A stretch of DNA of 64,000 nt from Ignavibacteriota bacterium (GTDB taxonomy: Bacteria > Bacteroidota > Ignavibacteria > UBA10030), in contig OY969585.1 in the NCBI GenBank assembly GCA_963701295.1, positions 2,912,001-2,976,000 on the forward strand. Direction: 5' to 3'. This document shows positions 28,849-40,805 of the stretch, piece after piece. The position numbers and the translations under genes are program-made. The notes beneath the pieces are model-generated. The model had not been told where the DNA came from and ran no database searches. It saw only the letters and a program-made list of their open reading frames with translations. The stretch's first letter is position 1, and every line of letters begins with the position of its first letter.

Positions 28849-29985
28849 TCACACTGCGTTAATACAATCTATTAATTTGTTTTGATAGGAACTACTTGAA
28901 AATAATTTTTGTGCCCTCTCCCTTGCTTTTGCACCTATTCGTTGTCTCAACATTTTATTTTCGATAAGATTTCCAATTATTTTTGCAGCTGTGGCTTCAT
29001 CATCAAACGGAATTAAAAAACCTGAATCTCCATCTATCATCATCTCGGTGGCACCACCATGATTTGTAGCCACGACGGCTCTACCTGATGCCATGGCTTC
29101 GAGAATAACCGTTGGAAAAGGATCCGGCTGAGTTGAGGGTAATACAAATATATCAAACGATCGCAAAATATTTGCTATATCTTTTCGGTATCGCAAATCG
29201 ATAACAACTTTTTCAAGGCGCAATGTCCTTTTCAAATCATCTAGTTTTTCATATAAATACTCATAACCTTGAAAAGCATCACCAACCATGACAAATATAA
29301 TATTTTTGTGTTCACGATATATTCTGTCAGCAATTTTGAGAAAATAGTCTTGGCCTTTCCAGTAATGCACCCGACCAATCATCCCGATAACTATGGTATT
29401 CTCTGTTCGTTTTAGTTCCTTGTCTATGGTCGGACCATCTAACAAATAATTAGCGTATTCAATACCGTTATAAATTACCTCAATCGGTACTTTCTTGACA
29501 TATCTTTGCCAATGGCTTTTTACTGCTTCCGATACAACAATGATTTTACTTGAGCAGGAATTGAGTAGCTTTCCAGTAAACCACGAAAATAGTAAAGGTC
29601 TATCAATGATTTCATGTATGTGCCAGATATGCTTTATATGCATTCTTCTCGTGACAAAAGCACCCACTATAACAGCCGTCGTATTTGAGTATACTAATGT
29701 GATATTATTATCTATTATAATCTTTTTTATCTTGCTATAACTCTTTGTGATTGCTTGAATTCTGTTTAAGGTACCACTGATGCTAAAATATTTTCTACGC
29801 AAGATTCCCAAATCATATATTTTTACAAAAGCGCCTTTTTTTTGCAATTCGGGGACTAAGTCACCTTCCTCTGACAATACTACGGTCACACTGTTATTTT
29901 TTGATAGCAAACTCTCAACTGTATATAAAAGTATTTTACTTGCCCCATAAAGATCAGACGAACTATGCAACATGAGTATATTCAT
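28849..29985 (-). CDS. Glycosyltransferase family 4
   Basis: 'SSDLYGA', 'GRVHYWKGQ', 'PDPFPTVILEAMASG'. Confidence 0.93.
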   Translation of the reverse strand: MNILMLHSSSDLYGASKILLYTVESLLSKNNSVTVVLSEEGDLVPELQKKGAFVKIYDLGILRRKYFSISGTLNRIQAITKSYSKIKKIIIDNNITLVYSNTTAVIVGAFVTRRMHIKHIWHIHEIIDRPLLFSWFTGKLLNSCSSKIIVVSEAVKSHWQRYVKKVPIEVIYNGIEYANYLLDGPTIDKELKRTENTIVIGMIGRVHYWKGQDYFLKIADRIYREHKNIIFVMVGDAFQGYEYLYEKLDDLKRTLRLEKVVIDLRYRKDIANILRSFDIFVLPSTQPDPFPTVILEAMASGRAVVATNHGGATEMMIDGDSGFLIPFDDEATAAKIIGNLIENKMLRQRIGAKARERAQKLFSSSSYQNKLIDCINAV

Positions 29986-30083
29986 TATTATACTTAACTC
30001 TTATAAAGATTTACATTTATATTCTTGAATATTTTAGCCTAAACCTAAGATATTATGATGTTTAAAATGCAAACTTATGCTGT

Positions 30084-30803
30084 TTATTCAATTTTCACTT
30101 TTATTTCAGTAGAGAACTTTTTTTGTCTTTTCATAATAATTTTTGCTGGCACACCTGCAACTATTGAATATGGAGGAACATCCTTGGTTACCACACTTCC
30201 GGCCGCTACGACAGAACCATGTCCTATTGTTACGCCAGATAGGATAACACTGTTCGCTGCTATCCAGCAATCGTCTTCAATTTTTACAAAGCTTCGCGTT
30301 ACCCCCTGTTCTTTCATCGGAATAGTAACGTTATCGGTGTTATGATTCTCAGCATATATGCTGACCCGCGGTGAGATCATGACATTGCTTCCGATCTCAA
30401 TATAACCTGAACAACCAATATACGAATATGCACCTATATTTGAATTATTTCCTATGTGCAAACCCTCACCAATGGGACCTCCATAAATATTTGCCGGTCG
30501 TATAATCACAAATTTACCAATAGTCACCCGATTACCAATATGTATTTTTTTTTCTGCAAGACAATTAATTTCACAATTGTCTTCTGCAATGAAGTTTTTA
30601 CCAACAAAAAGATTATGTGCGTATGGTATTTTTACATCTTTACCAATGAGTACGATCCCGGCGGATTTGCCGAAGAATATTCTTTTTGCTGTTCCTCGGA
30701 TAAAAAACATTGATAGTCTCGCGAAAGTCAGTACTACATCATATCCATTCCATTGGCCTCTGAAACGGTCTAAACCTAACAATATTTTTAAATCTATAGT
30801 CAT
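30084..30803 (-). CDS. Hexapeptide-repeat O-acyltransferase
   Basis: Left-handed beta-helix repeats, '[45 protein letters not shown]'. Confidence 0.92.
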   Translation of the reverse strand: MTIDLKILLGLDRFRGQWNGYDVVLTFARLSMFFIRGTAKRIFFGKSAGIVLIGKDVKIPYAHNLFVGKNFIAEDNCEINCLAEKKIHIGNRVTIGKFVIIRPANIYGGPIGEGLHIGNNSNIGAYSYIGCSGYIEIGSNVMISPRVSIYAENHNTDNVTIPMKEQGVTRSFVKIEDDCWIAANSVILSGVTIGHGSVVAAGSVVTKDVPPYSIVAGVPAKIIMKRQKKFSTEIKVKIE

Positions 30804-30864
30804 ATCCGTTCTCTTAATATGTAGTGAAGTGAAAACAAAAATAGAAGTGAGTTAGTCCAAAGTG

Positions 30865-31689
30865 TTACGCGTTATACTTCGAGCGAAATGTGAATCTCCT
30901 AGCTATTTGCAAAGGAAAGTAAGCACCCAATAGCGCCTTTTTGATAATTCTAAAAAACTTAAATAGATATTTTAATGGTGTATAAAATTCAGGATTTATC
31001 CCATATTTTCCCCTGTATGCATCCGCTGTTACCTTGCACTCGTTAGCCATCTTATTCACGCTCAAATATGTTTTGCTTTGAGAATGCAGTCTGTATGAAC
31101 CGATAATGTCGTTTAATTGAAAAAATTTACATCGATTGAACGCGAATCTAAGGTAAAGCTCATAATCCATTGCATAAGTCAAATCTTCATTGAGCAGACC
31201 ATACTTATCAAAACAATGCCTTCTAAAAAATCCGGCCGCATTTGCATGATAACATCTTTCTGTAAATAAATATATGTATAAATCTAATTTTAATTCATTT
31301 GTAGCATGAAGGATTTTCCCATTTTCATCGATAAAATCTACATTCCCAAAAACAGCATCTACTTCAGGATGCTCCACAAATACTTTTGTCGCTTTTTGAA
31401 TTGCATCTTCATAATATCTATCATCAGAGTTGATCCATCCAATAATTTCACCGGTTGCTATTTGCAATCCTTTATTTATAGCATGGCTTTGTCCCTTATC
31501 AGGCTCGCTTACCCAATACGCAATTTCTTTTTCATATTTATGAATAATTTCTCTAGAATTATCCGTTGACCCGCCATCTATGATAATATATTCCAGATTT
31601 AAATAATGTTGCTCGACAACACTGCCGATAGTCTCCTCAATGTATTTTCCCTGATTATACGATGGCGTTATGATTGATACTTTCAACAT
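30865..31689 (-). CDS. Glycosyltransferase family 2
   Basis: SIITPSYNQG, DGGSTD, DKGQSHAINKG, WINSDD. Confidence 0.94.
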   Translation of the reverse strand: MLKVSIITPSYNQGKYIEETIGSVVEQHYLNLEYIIIDGGSTDNSREIIHKYEKEIAYWVSEPDKGQSHAINKGLQIATGEIIGWINSDDRYYEDAIQKATKVFVEHPEVDAVFGNVDFIDENGKILHATNELKLDLYIYLFTERCYHANAAGFFRRHCFDKYGLLNEDLTYAMDYELYLRFAFNRCKFFQLNDIIGSYRLHSQSKTYLSVNKMANECKVTADAYRGKYGINPEFYTPLKYLFKFFRIIKKALLGAYFPLQIARRFTFRSKYNA

Positions 31690-31712
31690 TATTGATTATG
31701 ACTTAGCCAATA

Positions 31713-32555
31713 TCATTTTCCAAGAACATAGAAAACGTAGCACGGACCAATTTTTTCAAACAGATTTGTTCTATGATACTTTGTGTTAAAAGAAAATATT
31801 TTTGATAGTATTCTATCGATAATCATGAATAAACTATTATTAAATACCTGGATATTAAAAATTGTCCAGAGCTTGCCTATAAGGGGAAATTCATGGTAAT
31901 TTTTCTTAATGACTTTAAATCCAGAATCCACAATAATTTTGTCAAATATTTTGATTGGAATGCCTCTTTCATTTTTCGTACACCCATTGCGTGGAAATCG
32001 CCAATCACCCATTGATACGATAGGTTCTTTAATTAAGCAAAATCCACCAGGTTTAAGGCAGCGATACAATTCAAAAATTACTTTTGAGACATTGGCAACA
32101 TGATGAAGAGTTGCAAATGAAACTATTAAATCAAATTTATCAGAGTCAAAAGGTAATTCTCCATTTATTGATGCCTTTATATACTTATAACCCTTTTTAT
32201 TTTCAAAATATTTTTCAGATGATTCTATTATTGTCAAATTATTTATTTGATTGAGGATAGGCGTTAATTCCCTTCCATCTGCGCTTCCAAACCCTAATAC
32301 CTCCTTAAATATATTTGACTTCTTTCTGATATAATTGAATCCATACATATTATGCAAAACATCATTATTCCTAAAGGGTTTGTATTTACCCTCAATAAAC
32401 AAGTTGAAATAAGCATCCTGTTCTTCTTTATAGAACAACTCCAATTGTTCTATATTAAAATCATCCCCATACAGTTTTATGCCTGCCAAGTATTCATTCA
32501 TGATCATATTCTTTACTACATTAATTTTTTTTATATAAGCGATGCAACCATTCAA
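31713..32555 (-). CDS. Class I SAM-dependent methyltransferase
   Basis: 'LPFDSDKFDLIV...TLHHV...RCLKPGG'; motif I degenerate (VLGFGSADG); start uncertain. Confidence 0.8.
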   Translation of the reverse strand: MNGCIAYIKKINVVKNMIMNEYLAGIKLYGDDFNIEQLELFYKEEQDAYFNLFIEGKYKPFRNNDVLHNMYGFNYIRKKSNIFKEVLGFGSADGRELTPILNQINNLTIIESSEKYFENKKGYKYIKASINGELPFDSDKFDLIVSFATLHHVANVSKVIFELYRCLKPGGFCLIKEPIVSMGDWRFPRNGCTKNERGIPIKIFDKIIVDSGFKVIKKNYHEFPLIGKLWTIFNIQVFNNSLFMIIDRILSKIFSFNTKYHRTNLFEKIGPCYVFYVLGK

Positions 32556-32652
32556 TCATCTTATTCTTGAATTAATATCAAATTATTTATTTAACCAGAT
32601 TATAAATGCGTTCTAATTATTTGACTGCGCAAAGACTAAGATATTTAAGCAA

Positions 32653-33843
32653 CTAAATAAATACAATTTTGTCTAATTCAATTTTAATTTTCTTATACAC
32701 ATCATCAATTGTTATATTAGCAATACACGGAAAAGGATTTTCACGTTGCACTTGATAAATGCAATTCCATCCACACATAAAGCAATCCATTTTATGAAAC
32801 ACTGGAATAATATTAGCCTTTTCCATTAATTTTTGAGGATATGGTATAAATTTGCCAAATTGCCCCCCACCGATAATACATAGCGAAGGTATTCCCAATG
32901 CATTTGCAATATGGATTGGTCCTGTTTCGTAGCCAATCAGTAACTTTAAGTGTGATATGATAGCAGGGATCTCTCCCGTTTTTGTTTTACCACGTAAATC
33001 GAGGATATTATTTATTTTTTGAATATCATTATTCATTACATTCGAATTGTCTATGCCAATCAAGAGAATAACTATATTAGGATAGTTACTGCAAATTGAT
33101 CGTATTATTTTTTCAAGCTTTGAGAATTCCCATTCTCTATGTTTATCGCTCGCATCAGTAACAATACCAATTAATATTTTTCCATTGCAATTAATACTGG
33201 CTAATAATTCTTCTACCCTTGCCTTCTGCTCTTCAGAGATAAATAATGATGGCTTAAAATCAGTGATTTCTATACCCATGACTTCAATCATCTCACGATT
33301 TATTAATAATTCATGTGTGCTCTCTGTGATTTTATTGCTTCTAAGCAATTTCGTATAGATACAATTACCACGATTTTGTTCATCAATATACAAATTTGGT
33401 GTCAAGGTGTCCCATCCAATAGTTTCTACGGCGCATGACCATAATGCGATTTCATCACTAATCCAGTCCCTTGAATAAACAGAGTTTATTGCAATGGAGA
33501 AGCCTCTTCTCTTGATTTTATATAGAAATAGTAATTTATAAAAAATATTTTTTCGGTAGGCATTTCTGTTAAATACAATCAATTCATCGATATAAGGACA
33601 ATCAAACGCCAGATCAGTAATCTTGTCTTGAACCACCAAGCAGATTTTCTTATTACTATATTTTATTCTCAGATACTTTAATGTCGGTGTAATTAATACA
33701 AAATCACCAATCATATCATTTCTTATAATAAGTAGATTCTTACAATTACGATAGCCTTTTATTTTCGTGTTCATTATCCCTAAGTACCAAACAAAAAGAT
33801 TTACGCACCTCCCAAGAATATTTCGTTTTTCTTTCGTCTGCAT
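32653..33843 (-). CDS. Glycosyltransferase family 9 (heptosyltransferase-like)
   Basis: 'LIIRNDMIGDFVLITP', 'LRGKT', 'ETGPIHIANALGIP', C-terminal Cys cluster. Confidence 0.9.
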   Translation of the reverse strand: MQTKEKRNILGRCVNLFVWYLGIMNTKIKGYRNCKNLLIIRNDMIGDFVLITPTLKYLRIKYSNKKICLVVQDKITDLAFDCPYIDELIVFNRNAYRKNIFYKLLFLYKIKRRGFSIAINSVYSRDWISDEIALWSCAVETIGWDTLTPNLYIDEQNRGNCIYTKLLRSNKITESTHELLINREMIEVMGIEITDFKPSLFISEEQKARVEELLASINCNGKILIGIVTDASDKHREWEFSKLEKIIRSICSNYPNIVILLIGIDNSNVMNNDIQKINNILDLRGKTKTGEIPAIISHLKLLIGYETGPIHIANALGIPSLCIIGGGQFGKFIPYPQKLMEKANIIPVFHKMDCFMCGWNCIYQVQRENPFPCIANITIDDVYKKIKIELDKIVFI

Positions 33844-33894
33844 CTTCAGCCATATTGTTTCGTAAGCAGTGTGGAATAACTATTTATCATTTTG

Positions 33895-34617
33895 TTACTT
33901 CTTAGCGATTACCTTCAATTCATAAGTAAATATTTCTGGACTGTTGATATGGTATGAGCTCGATGTAACCTTATTCCATAATTTTTTATTCAACTTATAG
34001 ATAGAGAGCAAAAGTTTTTTAATAACTCTTCTTATGCCAGTTGACCCCTCTAAGCCTAGTTCGTCCAAAAAAACGATACTTTTAAAATTTGCTGATTTGA
34101 GCACATAATAGAGACTTCCCGCAGTGAACAAAACATTGTGAGTAAAGTCTTCGTATGCCCAATAACAATCTGTATTAGACTGAGCGTTTGGAACCATTAT
34201 GCATAGGCAACCATTCTTACTTAACAATTTATTTTTGATTTCTCTTAAAGTGTTTATTATTTCACTTTTTTCAATATGTTCAAGTACATGACTCATTATA
34301 ATGAAATCATACTCTTGTTTACACCTCCTACAAAAGGAAGTGATATTTGAAATCTTTTCGACGTTCAATCCATTATTTTTACAATAATGGACAGAATTGG
34401 CTGACACATCAATCCCTTTGATATTTTTGTACTTCATTTCCCTAAGAGTAAAAAGGGTTAGTCCTAACCCACATCCAATATCAAGAATTCGTGAATCCTT
34501 ATCCTTTGGTAACACTTCTCTAAGATAACTCTGTAAAACATACTTTACAGATGGACTAGGAACTATGTTACGGTGATCGAAATATTTTTCATAGTCTACT
34601 CTCTTAGTTATACCCAT
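33895..34617 (-). CDS. Class I SAM-dependent methyltransferase
   Basis: ILDIGCGLG, SHVLEHI, VPNA, DFTH. Confidence 0.9.
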   Translation of the reverse strand: MGITKRVDYEKYFDHRNIVPSPSVKYVLQSYLREVLPKDKDSRILDIGCGLGLTLFTLREMKYKNIKGIDVSANSVHYCKNNGLNVEKISNITSFCRRCKQEYDFIIMSHVLEHIEKSEIINTLREIKNKLLSKNGCLCIMVPNAQSNTDCYWAYEDFTHNVLFTAGSLYYVLKSANFKSIVFLDELGLEGSTGIRRVIKKLLLSIYKLNKKLWNKVTSSSYHINSPEIFTYELKVIAKK

Positions 34618-34874
34618 TTATTTCCTCCACTTTATGATACCCAATTTCATAAGACATGTGTCGTAATAGCATTTTATAGAACGGGATAATTCTGTCGAAC
34701 CATATTCTCATATGCAATTTTGAATAGTGCTTTTGCAATTATATCTTCCGAAAAAAACTCTGATGCAAGTTTTCTCAACAACACTATGGTTTCCTCTCTT
34801 TTATGATTTTAAGTTTGATTTTGTCATCTATATACAACAAGATTAATTCGACATCATCTTTTCGAAGTTTGCGA

Positions 34875-36050
34875 TCAAATGCCGATTTTTAATAATATCT
34901 CCCTCCACCTATTCAAGAAATAATCTTCTGAATAGTAATATTTGGCATCCCTTATTGTTTTTATGCTATTTCCTTGACACCAATCATCTGGTTTAGCAGA
35001 AAGAATTTTCACGGTTCTTTCAAGCTCTTGAAGACTGTCATTCCTTAGATTCACCCCAAAATCTCCAGTATCAATTCCCACTTGTCTTGTAACTATGGGA
35101 ATGAGTCCTGAATGCATACATTGGACAACTGCACCTGACTGTCCTTCTGAACAACTTGGCATAATTACATACAAGCATTTTCTCAATAGATCATCGAATT
35201 CCCTTGAATTGACCTTTACCCATCCCACAGGATGTATATTCTGCATATGGAATAATTCTTTTTGATAACACTTGCAAAAGTCAATCTCATCATAGTAACG
35301 CCCACAAATGTGTAGATGCAATTTTGGGTGTTTTGAAAATACTTCTAAAAGCAGGTCGAGACCCTTCAATAATTGCCAACGTCCACCAAAAAAAAGAAAG
35401 TTTTTTTTTGCTTCAGAATATTTCTTTTCGACTATATTATTCTTATTATAGCCATAATTATTGAATGTATATATTGGTCCTTTAAATGATTCATTCCATG
35501 TTGTTTTTGTATGATCATTGCCAAAAGTTATGATAGCGTCTATTATTTTTAAGAATGGCATATTCTCAGTATGTAATTCTATTTCAATTGAACAATTCCG
35601 TCTAAAGGTAAATCCATCTAATCGCTTTCTTAGATTTCTATTATGAACAATATGATTCATACCTGTACCCAGGTAAATAAACTTTGTGTGATTTTTACAT
35701 CTCAACCTTGAGACATTAAGATCGATTTTATGGCTTATGATTAAATCATATTCATAGTCCGATTTTATGTTTGCATCATTCACATCCGCAACATCAACGA
35801 TATAACCATACTCAGAGATAATATCCGCAATTTGCCTACATTGCTTCATATTTTGATGATGTAAAAAATATCTGCTCTTTTGTTTTATTTGAAAAGGCAT
35901 AATTAAATAGACAAGTAGGGCCCTTTTCTTGAAAGCCTGCTCTCTACTTTTATTGACATTGTACTTAACATGATAGGTTTGTAGTTTTTTCGGAAGCATT
36001 CGGATAATATTAAACAAGCGCCTAGCGAAAATCAATTTATCATTGATCAT
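34875..36050 (-). CDS. Glycosyltransferase family 4
   Basis: 'KGLDLLLEVF', 'PSCSEGQSGAVVQCMHSGLIP'. Confidence 0.85.
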   Translation of the reverse strand: MINDKLIFARRLFNIIRMLPKKLQTYHVKYNVNKSREQAFKKRALLVYLIMPFQIKQKSRYFLHHQNMKQCRQIADIISEYGYIVDVADVNDANIKSDYEYDLIISHKIDLNVSRLRCKNHTKFIYLGTGMNHIVHNRNLRKRLDGFTFRRNCSIEIELHTENMPFLKIIDAIITFGNDHTKTTWNESFKGPIYTFNNYGYNKNNIVEKKYSEAKKNFLFFGGRWQLLKGLDLLLEVFSKHPKLHLHICGRYYDEIDFCKCYQKELFHMQNIHPVGWVKVNSREFDDLLRKCLYVIMPSCSEGQSGAVVQCMHSGLIPIVTRQVGIDTGDFGVNLRNDSLQELERTVKILSAKPDDWCQGNSIKTIRDAKYYYSEDYFLNRWREILLKIGI

Positions 36051-37366
36051 TATATTCCATTCATTTCTTTTATTGTTTCTATCTTCTCATGGTTTTTACG
36101 TCTATCTTCGAAATAGTAGAAGCGCCAAATACAATCTGAGATAGCCCACACCATCAAATTAATGGATATGCTTGGTTCCGACACCAATGTACTGCTGGCT
36201 ACTGCTTGTACCCATATCATTATTGTATAAGTAATAGCCGCTATCAAGAATATAGATTCCCTTTTTATACCCATCATTCTAATTCTTATAAAATTTTTTC
36301 TGACGAAAGTAATTGAAATATACGCAAACAAGATTATACCAATGATACCAAATCGGTAATAAAGCATAATAAGATGACTATCAGCACCACTATTCACGCT
36401 TTCCAATAGAATTGAATCTATTGATTTAAAATCTATTTCTGTGCCTGTATTTTCAAATCCTGCTCCCAATAACGGATTATTTACCATAATCTGTGTAACA
36501 AGCAAAATATTCATGCGATGTCTAAATGAACCCTCTCCTTCGCTTAGTTCAACTACTCCAAGTTTAAATCGTTCCATAATTGACGGGAACATAGATATCA
36601 ATAGAGTAACTACAATACTGATAGATATTAGCATTACAATAGCGCTTTTGCCATATTTCCGCAATTTTAAGACATACTTTTGCCAAAACAAAATTAGCAA
36701 GGCAACAATAAGACCTGTATATACATTTCGCGTAAACGATAGAAGAACAATAAGTAACAAACTGCAGAAAATGAAAAGACTACGTACAGAATATCTAGCA
36801 TAAAGAATCCATGACAACGAGAAACATGTAGCTGCTACAAGCCATTGCTGGAATGGATTCCAAGTTCTAAAGAATCCTCCGACATTCTCTACCGTAGACA
36901 TTGATGCTGCATTTTCCACAGAATTTGGTTGCCAACCAAATATATTTTGAGATAAATATATGAAGTACCCAATAATCATAAATATGAATAAATATTTTTT
37001 AAATAATTCGAATAATTTTCTATCAACTATTATATATGGGATGATATAATAGATCGCATAATGGAATATTATACTGCAAAAACGAAAGGCATTATTGAAA
37101 GAGCAGCCTAGGTAAAGAGAATAAAAGCAGAGTAATATCGTGTATAGTAAAAATATACCCAACTCCTTTCCAATCGAATACTCTATAGTATTCCTCAGTA
37201 ATATTTTCTTCTTCCTTTCCTTCCATCCATAAATTAGAAGAACAACGAAGATAATATCGATTGGGTGAACGCTAACACCATAACACATAAATGGTATTAA
37301 AGATAGAGTTCCCCAAAAATAACAAGACAAAATGAAGAAGAAGAATAATATCAGTATAAAGATCAA
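36050..37366 (-). CDS. wzy: Wzy-type polysaccharide polymerase (O-antigen ligase-like fold)
   Basis: About 11 TM segments, 'SFTR', periplasmic loop 'SFRHR...NPLLGAGF...DS'. Confidence 0.75.
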   Translation of the reverse strand: MIFILILFFFFILSCYFWGTLSLIPFMCYGVSVHPIDIIFVVLLIYGWKERKKKILLRNTIEYSIGKELGIFLLYTILLCFYSLYLGCSFNNAFRFCSIIFHYAIYYIIPYIIVDRKLFELFKKYLFIFMIIGYFIYLSQNIFGWQPNSVENAASMSTVENVGGFFRTWNPFQQWLVAATCFSLSWILYARYSVRSLFIFCSLLLIVLLSFTRNVYTGLIVALLILFWQKYVLKLRKYGKSAIVMLISISIVVTLLISMFPSIMERFKLGVVELSEGEGSFRHRMNILLVTQIMVNNPLLGAGFENTGTEIDFKSIDSILLESVNSGADSHLIMLYYRFGIIGIILFAYISITFVRKNFIRIRMMGIKRESIFLIAAITYTIMIWVQAVASSTLVSEPSISINLMVWAISDCIWRFYYFEDRRKNHEKIETIKEMNGI

Positions 37367-38382
37367 TTTGTTGATCTCTTAAATAAGCTCATTATTCTGT
37401 GCCCAATGGAAAGTAAAAGATTTATTTCAGAAATAATAAATACTTTATATGAGGTACCGTAACGTTTTCTCCAACTAAACCACTGAATAAAAAGGGTAAT
37501 TGGTGAAATGATATTTGCGTGGTTTGACCAATAATTTGAACAACTTGAAATCAATAATTTATCGAAGTAAGTATTTAAATCAGTATCGATGTCGATAAGT
37601 AATATTTTATCTAACTCGTTACGCACTTCTAGTGTTTCAATAAACTTTTTAAACCAAATGGAATATTCATAACAGGATTTTATGGCTAACGACAAAGGAT
37701 ATTCCGATGTCAGGTTTTTACCAAAATTTCTTTTCTCTAATAATATATTTTTCACATAGCCAATTCCACTTCTTTGTGCAAGCATGAACCATGTCGCATA
37801 GTCTGATGACCATGCGAGAGGAAAATTCACAAAACCACCAATTCTTTGCAAAGATTTAGTTCGACATAAAAACTCTGAAATTGATAATATCCTGCTGCTT
37901 CGGAAACCATGCCATACAAAATCAATTCCAGATTCCCAGTATGGACAACTTGATGAAATGACTACTTTTCCATTTTTATCGATTGTTGTTAATCTACAGT
38001 GCACAATATTGGTATCAGGGAGCCCTAGAAGACACTCTAGAAGTTCAGCGGCAAATGTTCGCATATATACATCATCATCAGACGCCAAAATAAAATATTG
38101 TCCTTTTGCATATTCAAGAACTTTATTCCAATTCTTAACAGGAGAATATTTGCCTATATTTACTTTATTTTCATAATAACGAATCCGTGGATCATTGTAT
38201 TTCTTTACTGTTTCTTTTACATCTTCAGGAGAAGCGTCATTCACAATAACTAATTCAATATTTTTATATGTCTGATTTAATATACTTTCTATTGCATCTT
38301 CTAAACATTCATTTTTATAGGCAGGCATTCCAAATGTAATTAACTCCGCATGCTTTTTTTCTTTTATCGAATTATCTTTCAT
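37363..38382 (-). CDS. Glycosyltransferase family 2
   Basis: GMPAYK, VNDASP, LASDDD. Confidence 0.92.
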   Translation of the reverse strand: MKDNSIKEKKHAELITFGMPAYKNECLEDAIESILNQTYKNIELVIVNDASPEDVKETVKKYNDPRIRYYENKVNIGKYSPVKNWNKVLEYAKGQYFILASDDDVYMRTFAAELLECLLGLPDTNIVHCRLTTIDKNGKVVISSSCPYWESGIDFVWHGFRSSRILSISEFLCRTKSLQRIGGFVNFPLAWSSDYATWFMLAQRSGIGYVKNILLEKRNFGKNLTSEYPLSLAIKSCYEYSIWFKKFIETLEVRNELDKILLIDIDTDLNTYFDKLLISSCSNYWSNHANIISPITLFIQWFSWRKRYGTSYKVFIISEINLLLSIGHRIMSLFKRSTN

Positions 38383-38406
38383 TGTAATACACTCTCATTC
38401 TTAATT

Positions 38407-39072
38407 TTATTTGTTTGAAGAATGCTGTTCTAATTTGGCAACTACCGCAAATTGAAGAAATCGCATATCTCTAATACTATTTAAAAGAAGAATATTGCTT
38501 ACTTTAAATTTTATTGATTCAGTTGCATTGATACCACTTAATATTAAGATTTTAAATCCTGACTCCCTAAATAACCGAATGATTGATTTCTCAGTATAAA
38601 ATCGATAGTGTGTTTTATCAAGAATACCTGAATCCCTATATTGAAAATCCTTTCTAATAACTATATCAACAATATTATTCCAGAACCTAAAATTTGGGAT
38701 TGAAAGAACAACTATGGATTCGTTGTTTCCCAAATATCGTTTAATATTTTCAAGTGTATCCCAAGGATCCGACATATGTTCTAAAACATCATTTAATATA
38801 ATACAGTCAAAATACTTTTTGGGCAATTTTATTTTTGAATCGAACATTGCATTCTGCACGCTAAACAATCTAGTCGAAGCAATTTTAGCTGCATTCTTGT
38901 TTGGTTCAATTCCCCAGACTTCGGCATCTTGTCGTTTTATCAATTGCAATCCAAATAGCCCTTCACTACAGCCAATTTCAAGTATCTTTTTGCAATATCG
39001 AGGAACAAAATCCAACATTTCAGAACGATGACATTTAAAATATGAAGTCTCATTTTTCAAATTATTTTCCAT
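38407..39072 (-). CDS. Class I SAM-dependent methyltransferase
   Basis: ILEIGCSEG, NDVLEHM.DPW, SIPN, GILDKTH. Confidence 0.9.
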   Translation of the reverse strand: MENNLKNETSYFKCHRSEMLDFVPRYCKKILEIGCSEGLFGLQLIKRQDAEVWGIEPNKNAAKIASTRLFSVQNAMFDSKIKLPKKYFDCIILNDVLEHMSDPWDTLENIKRYLGNNESIVVLSIPNFRFWNNIVDIVIRKDFQYRDSGILDKTHYRFYTEKSIIRLFRESGFKILILSGINATESIKFKVSNILLLNSIRDMRFLQFAVVAKLEQHSSNK

Positions 39073-39092
39073 GATTATGTTATTTTTACTTT

Positions 39093-40523
39093 TTAACGAT
39101 TAAGATCTATAGTTTTTAATGCAATATTTACTATTTGCTTAATTTCCGAACTAAATATTAATCTCAAGACAAAGAGTACTGTAATAAGTACTCCTACCCG
39201 AATTACGAAAGAACGGTCAAGCAGAGAATATGATAATGTCGATAAAATAATATATGAGAAGAATACTTTAAACTCTTTTTTCCACCTAATCATATCAGGT
39301 AAAATATTTTTTATAAAATGCCAATGGATTGTAAAACCTACTATACCAGAAAGAAATAGTGCAATAGATAATCCTGTAGCACCATAATGTGAACCTATAA
39401 AGGAAAATGTTCCTATAAGTAATGCATTCACAAGAGAGAGACGCACCATAGTATGCTCTCTATTCATTGCAACAAATATCAATCCAACCAACCCGAACAT
39501 CATAGATTGTATAGCGACCCATAATTGAGCTGATAGGGGAACCACTGCTAATATATATTTATCTCCGAATAATAGGACTACAAATTCATGTCCTAACAAA
39601 CTGAGAATAGTTGCGATGAGAATTCCGCTAAAAGCTAATATCGTAAACATCTTTTCAATATTCTGTTTGAAAGATTCAATATCGTTTATTGCAGAGACTG
39701 AAAGTAATGGAAATATCGCCGGATAAATATTCACAAACATCATTTGAATTGGTTGTGTTAATCTATTCCCAATTCCATAATATGCTACCTGGTTCATACC
39801 TGAAAAAGCTGCAAGAAACATTAAAGGAATTTGTGATACAGGTAGAGACAATAAATTCGTTCCATAAATCGGCATGCTTTGTCTAAGAAGTTCACTTGAA
39901 CTTATCATATATCCGGCAGAACATGATCCGGATTCGAAATATTGTTTTCTCCATTCCCACCAGAAGTAAAATAAACTTTTAACTATTTGTACACCAACAA
40001 AAGTGTAGAATACAACTTCCAACGTCATTAAGGCTGGGGTAATTGTAAACACAAGTGCAAACCAGAATAAAGAACTAATAACAGACAACCAAGCCGATAT
40101 TTGCATTTGACCAATACTAAACGCAAATGTCTCAGTAACATCCCAGCTCATTTGTACTAATAGATATATGAAGATTGCGAAAAGGAATATAATCGATTGT
40201 ATCTCATGTAAATGAACATATCCAACTAATATACAACCTGCAATCATTGTAGCTAAGAAGATTATCTTTGAAGAATGTCGTGCAATAAGTGGAAGAGCAA
40301 AAGGATTTCTAGCTATTTCGCGGATGGAGATATTTCGAAGCCCTAAATTGGCAAGAACCTGAGCAATTGATACCGCAGTAATGATATAAATGTAGCGACC
40401 GTAGTCTGCTGGTGATAATATACGTGCGATTCTGACTAAGCAAATAAAATTCAGCGATGTTTGAATGAAACTTGCTGTAGTTAAAAGCGACCAATTTCGA
40501 ATAATTCTTGATTTTATTTTCAA
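39093..40523 (-). CDS. wzx: Second Wzx-type flippase
   Basis: 'IARILSPADYG', 'LGLRNISIREIAR', many TM helices. Confidence 0.85.
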   Translation of the reverse strand: MKIKSRIIRNWSLLTTASFIQTSLNFICLVRIARILSPADYGRYIYIITAVSIAQVLANLGLRNISIREIARNPFALPLIARHSSKIIFLATMIAGCILVGYVHLHEIQSIIFLFAIFIYLLVQMSWDVTETFAFSIGQMQISAWLSVISSLFWFALVFTITPALMTLEVVFYTFVGVQIVKSLFYFWWEWRKQYFESGSCSAGYMISSSELLRQSMPIYGTNLLSLPVSQIPLMFLAAFSGMNQVAYYGIGNRLTQPIQMMFVNIYPAIFPLLSVSAINDIESFKQNIEKMFTILAFSGILIATILSLLGHEFVVLLFGDKYILAVVPLSAQLWVAIQSMMFGLVGLIFVAMNREHTMVRLSLVNALLIGTFSFIGSHYGATGLSIALFLSGIVGFTIHWHFIKNILPDMIRWKKEFKVFFSYIILSTLSYSLLDRSFVIRVGVLITVLFVLRLIFSSEIKQIVNIALKTIDLNR

Positions 40524-40805
40524 AATATTCAGCTAGGATGTTCACTTATTTCTGTACGAAGGTAGCGATTGAATTCTCGAATTGTTAAAAATAATTGCAT
40601 TTTGATATCTATATCATTGTCACTAATTTATTCTATAATATATCTTTAGATATAACGTAAATTCTGGATAATGATTTTGTGAATATTCATTAACAATAAC
40701 ACTGCCATCTAATGTGGTACCGTACATAGTTTTTGTATTGCCCTTTGAAATACTATTCCCCGATTTTATATCCTTAATCTCGTGCATCTATAATTCATGT
40801 ACTTC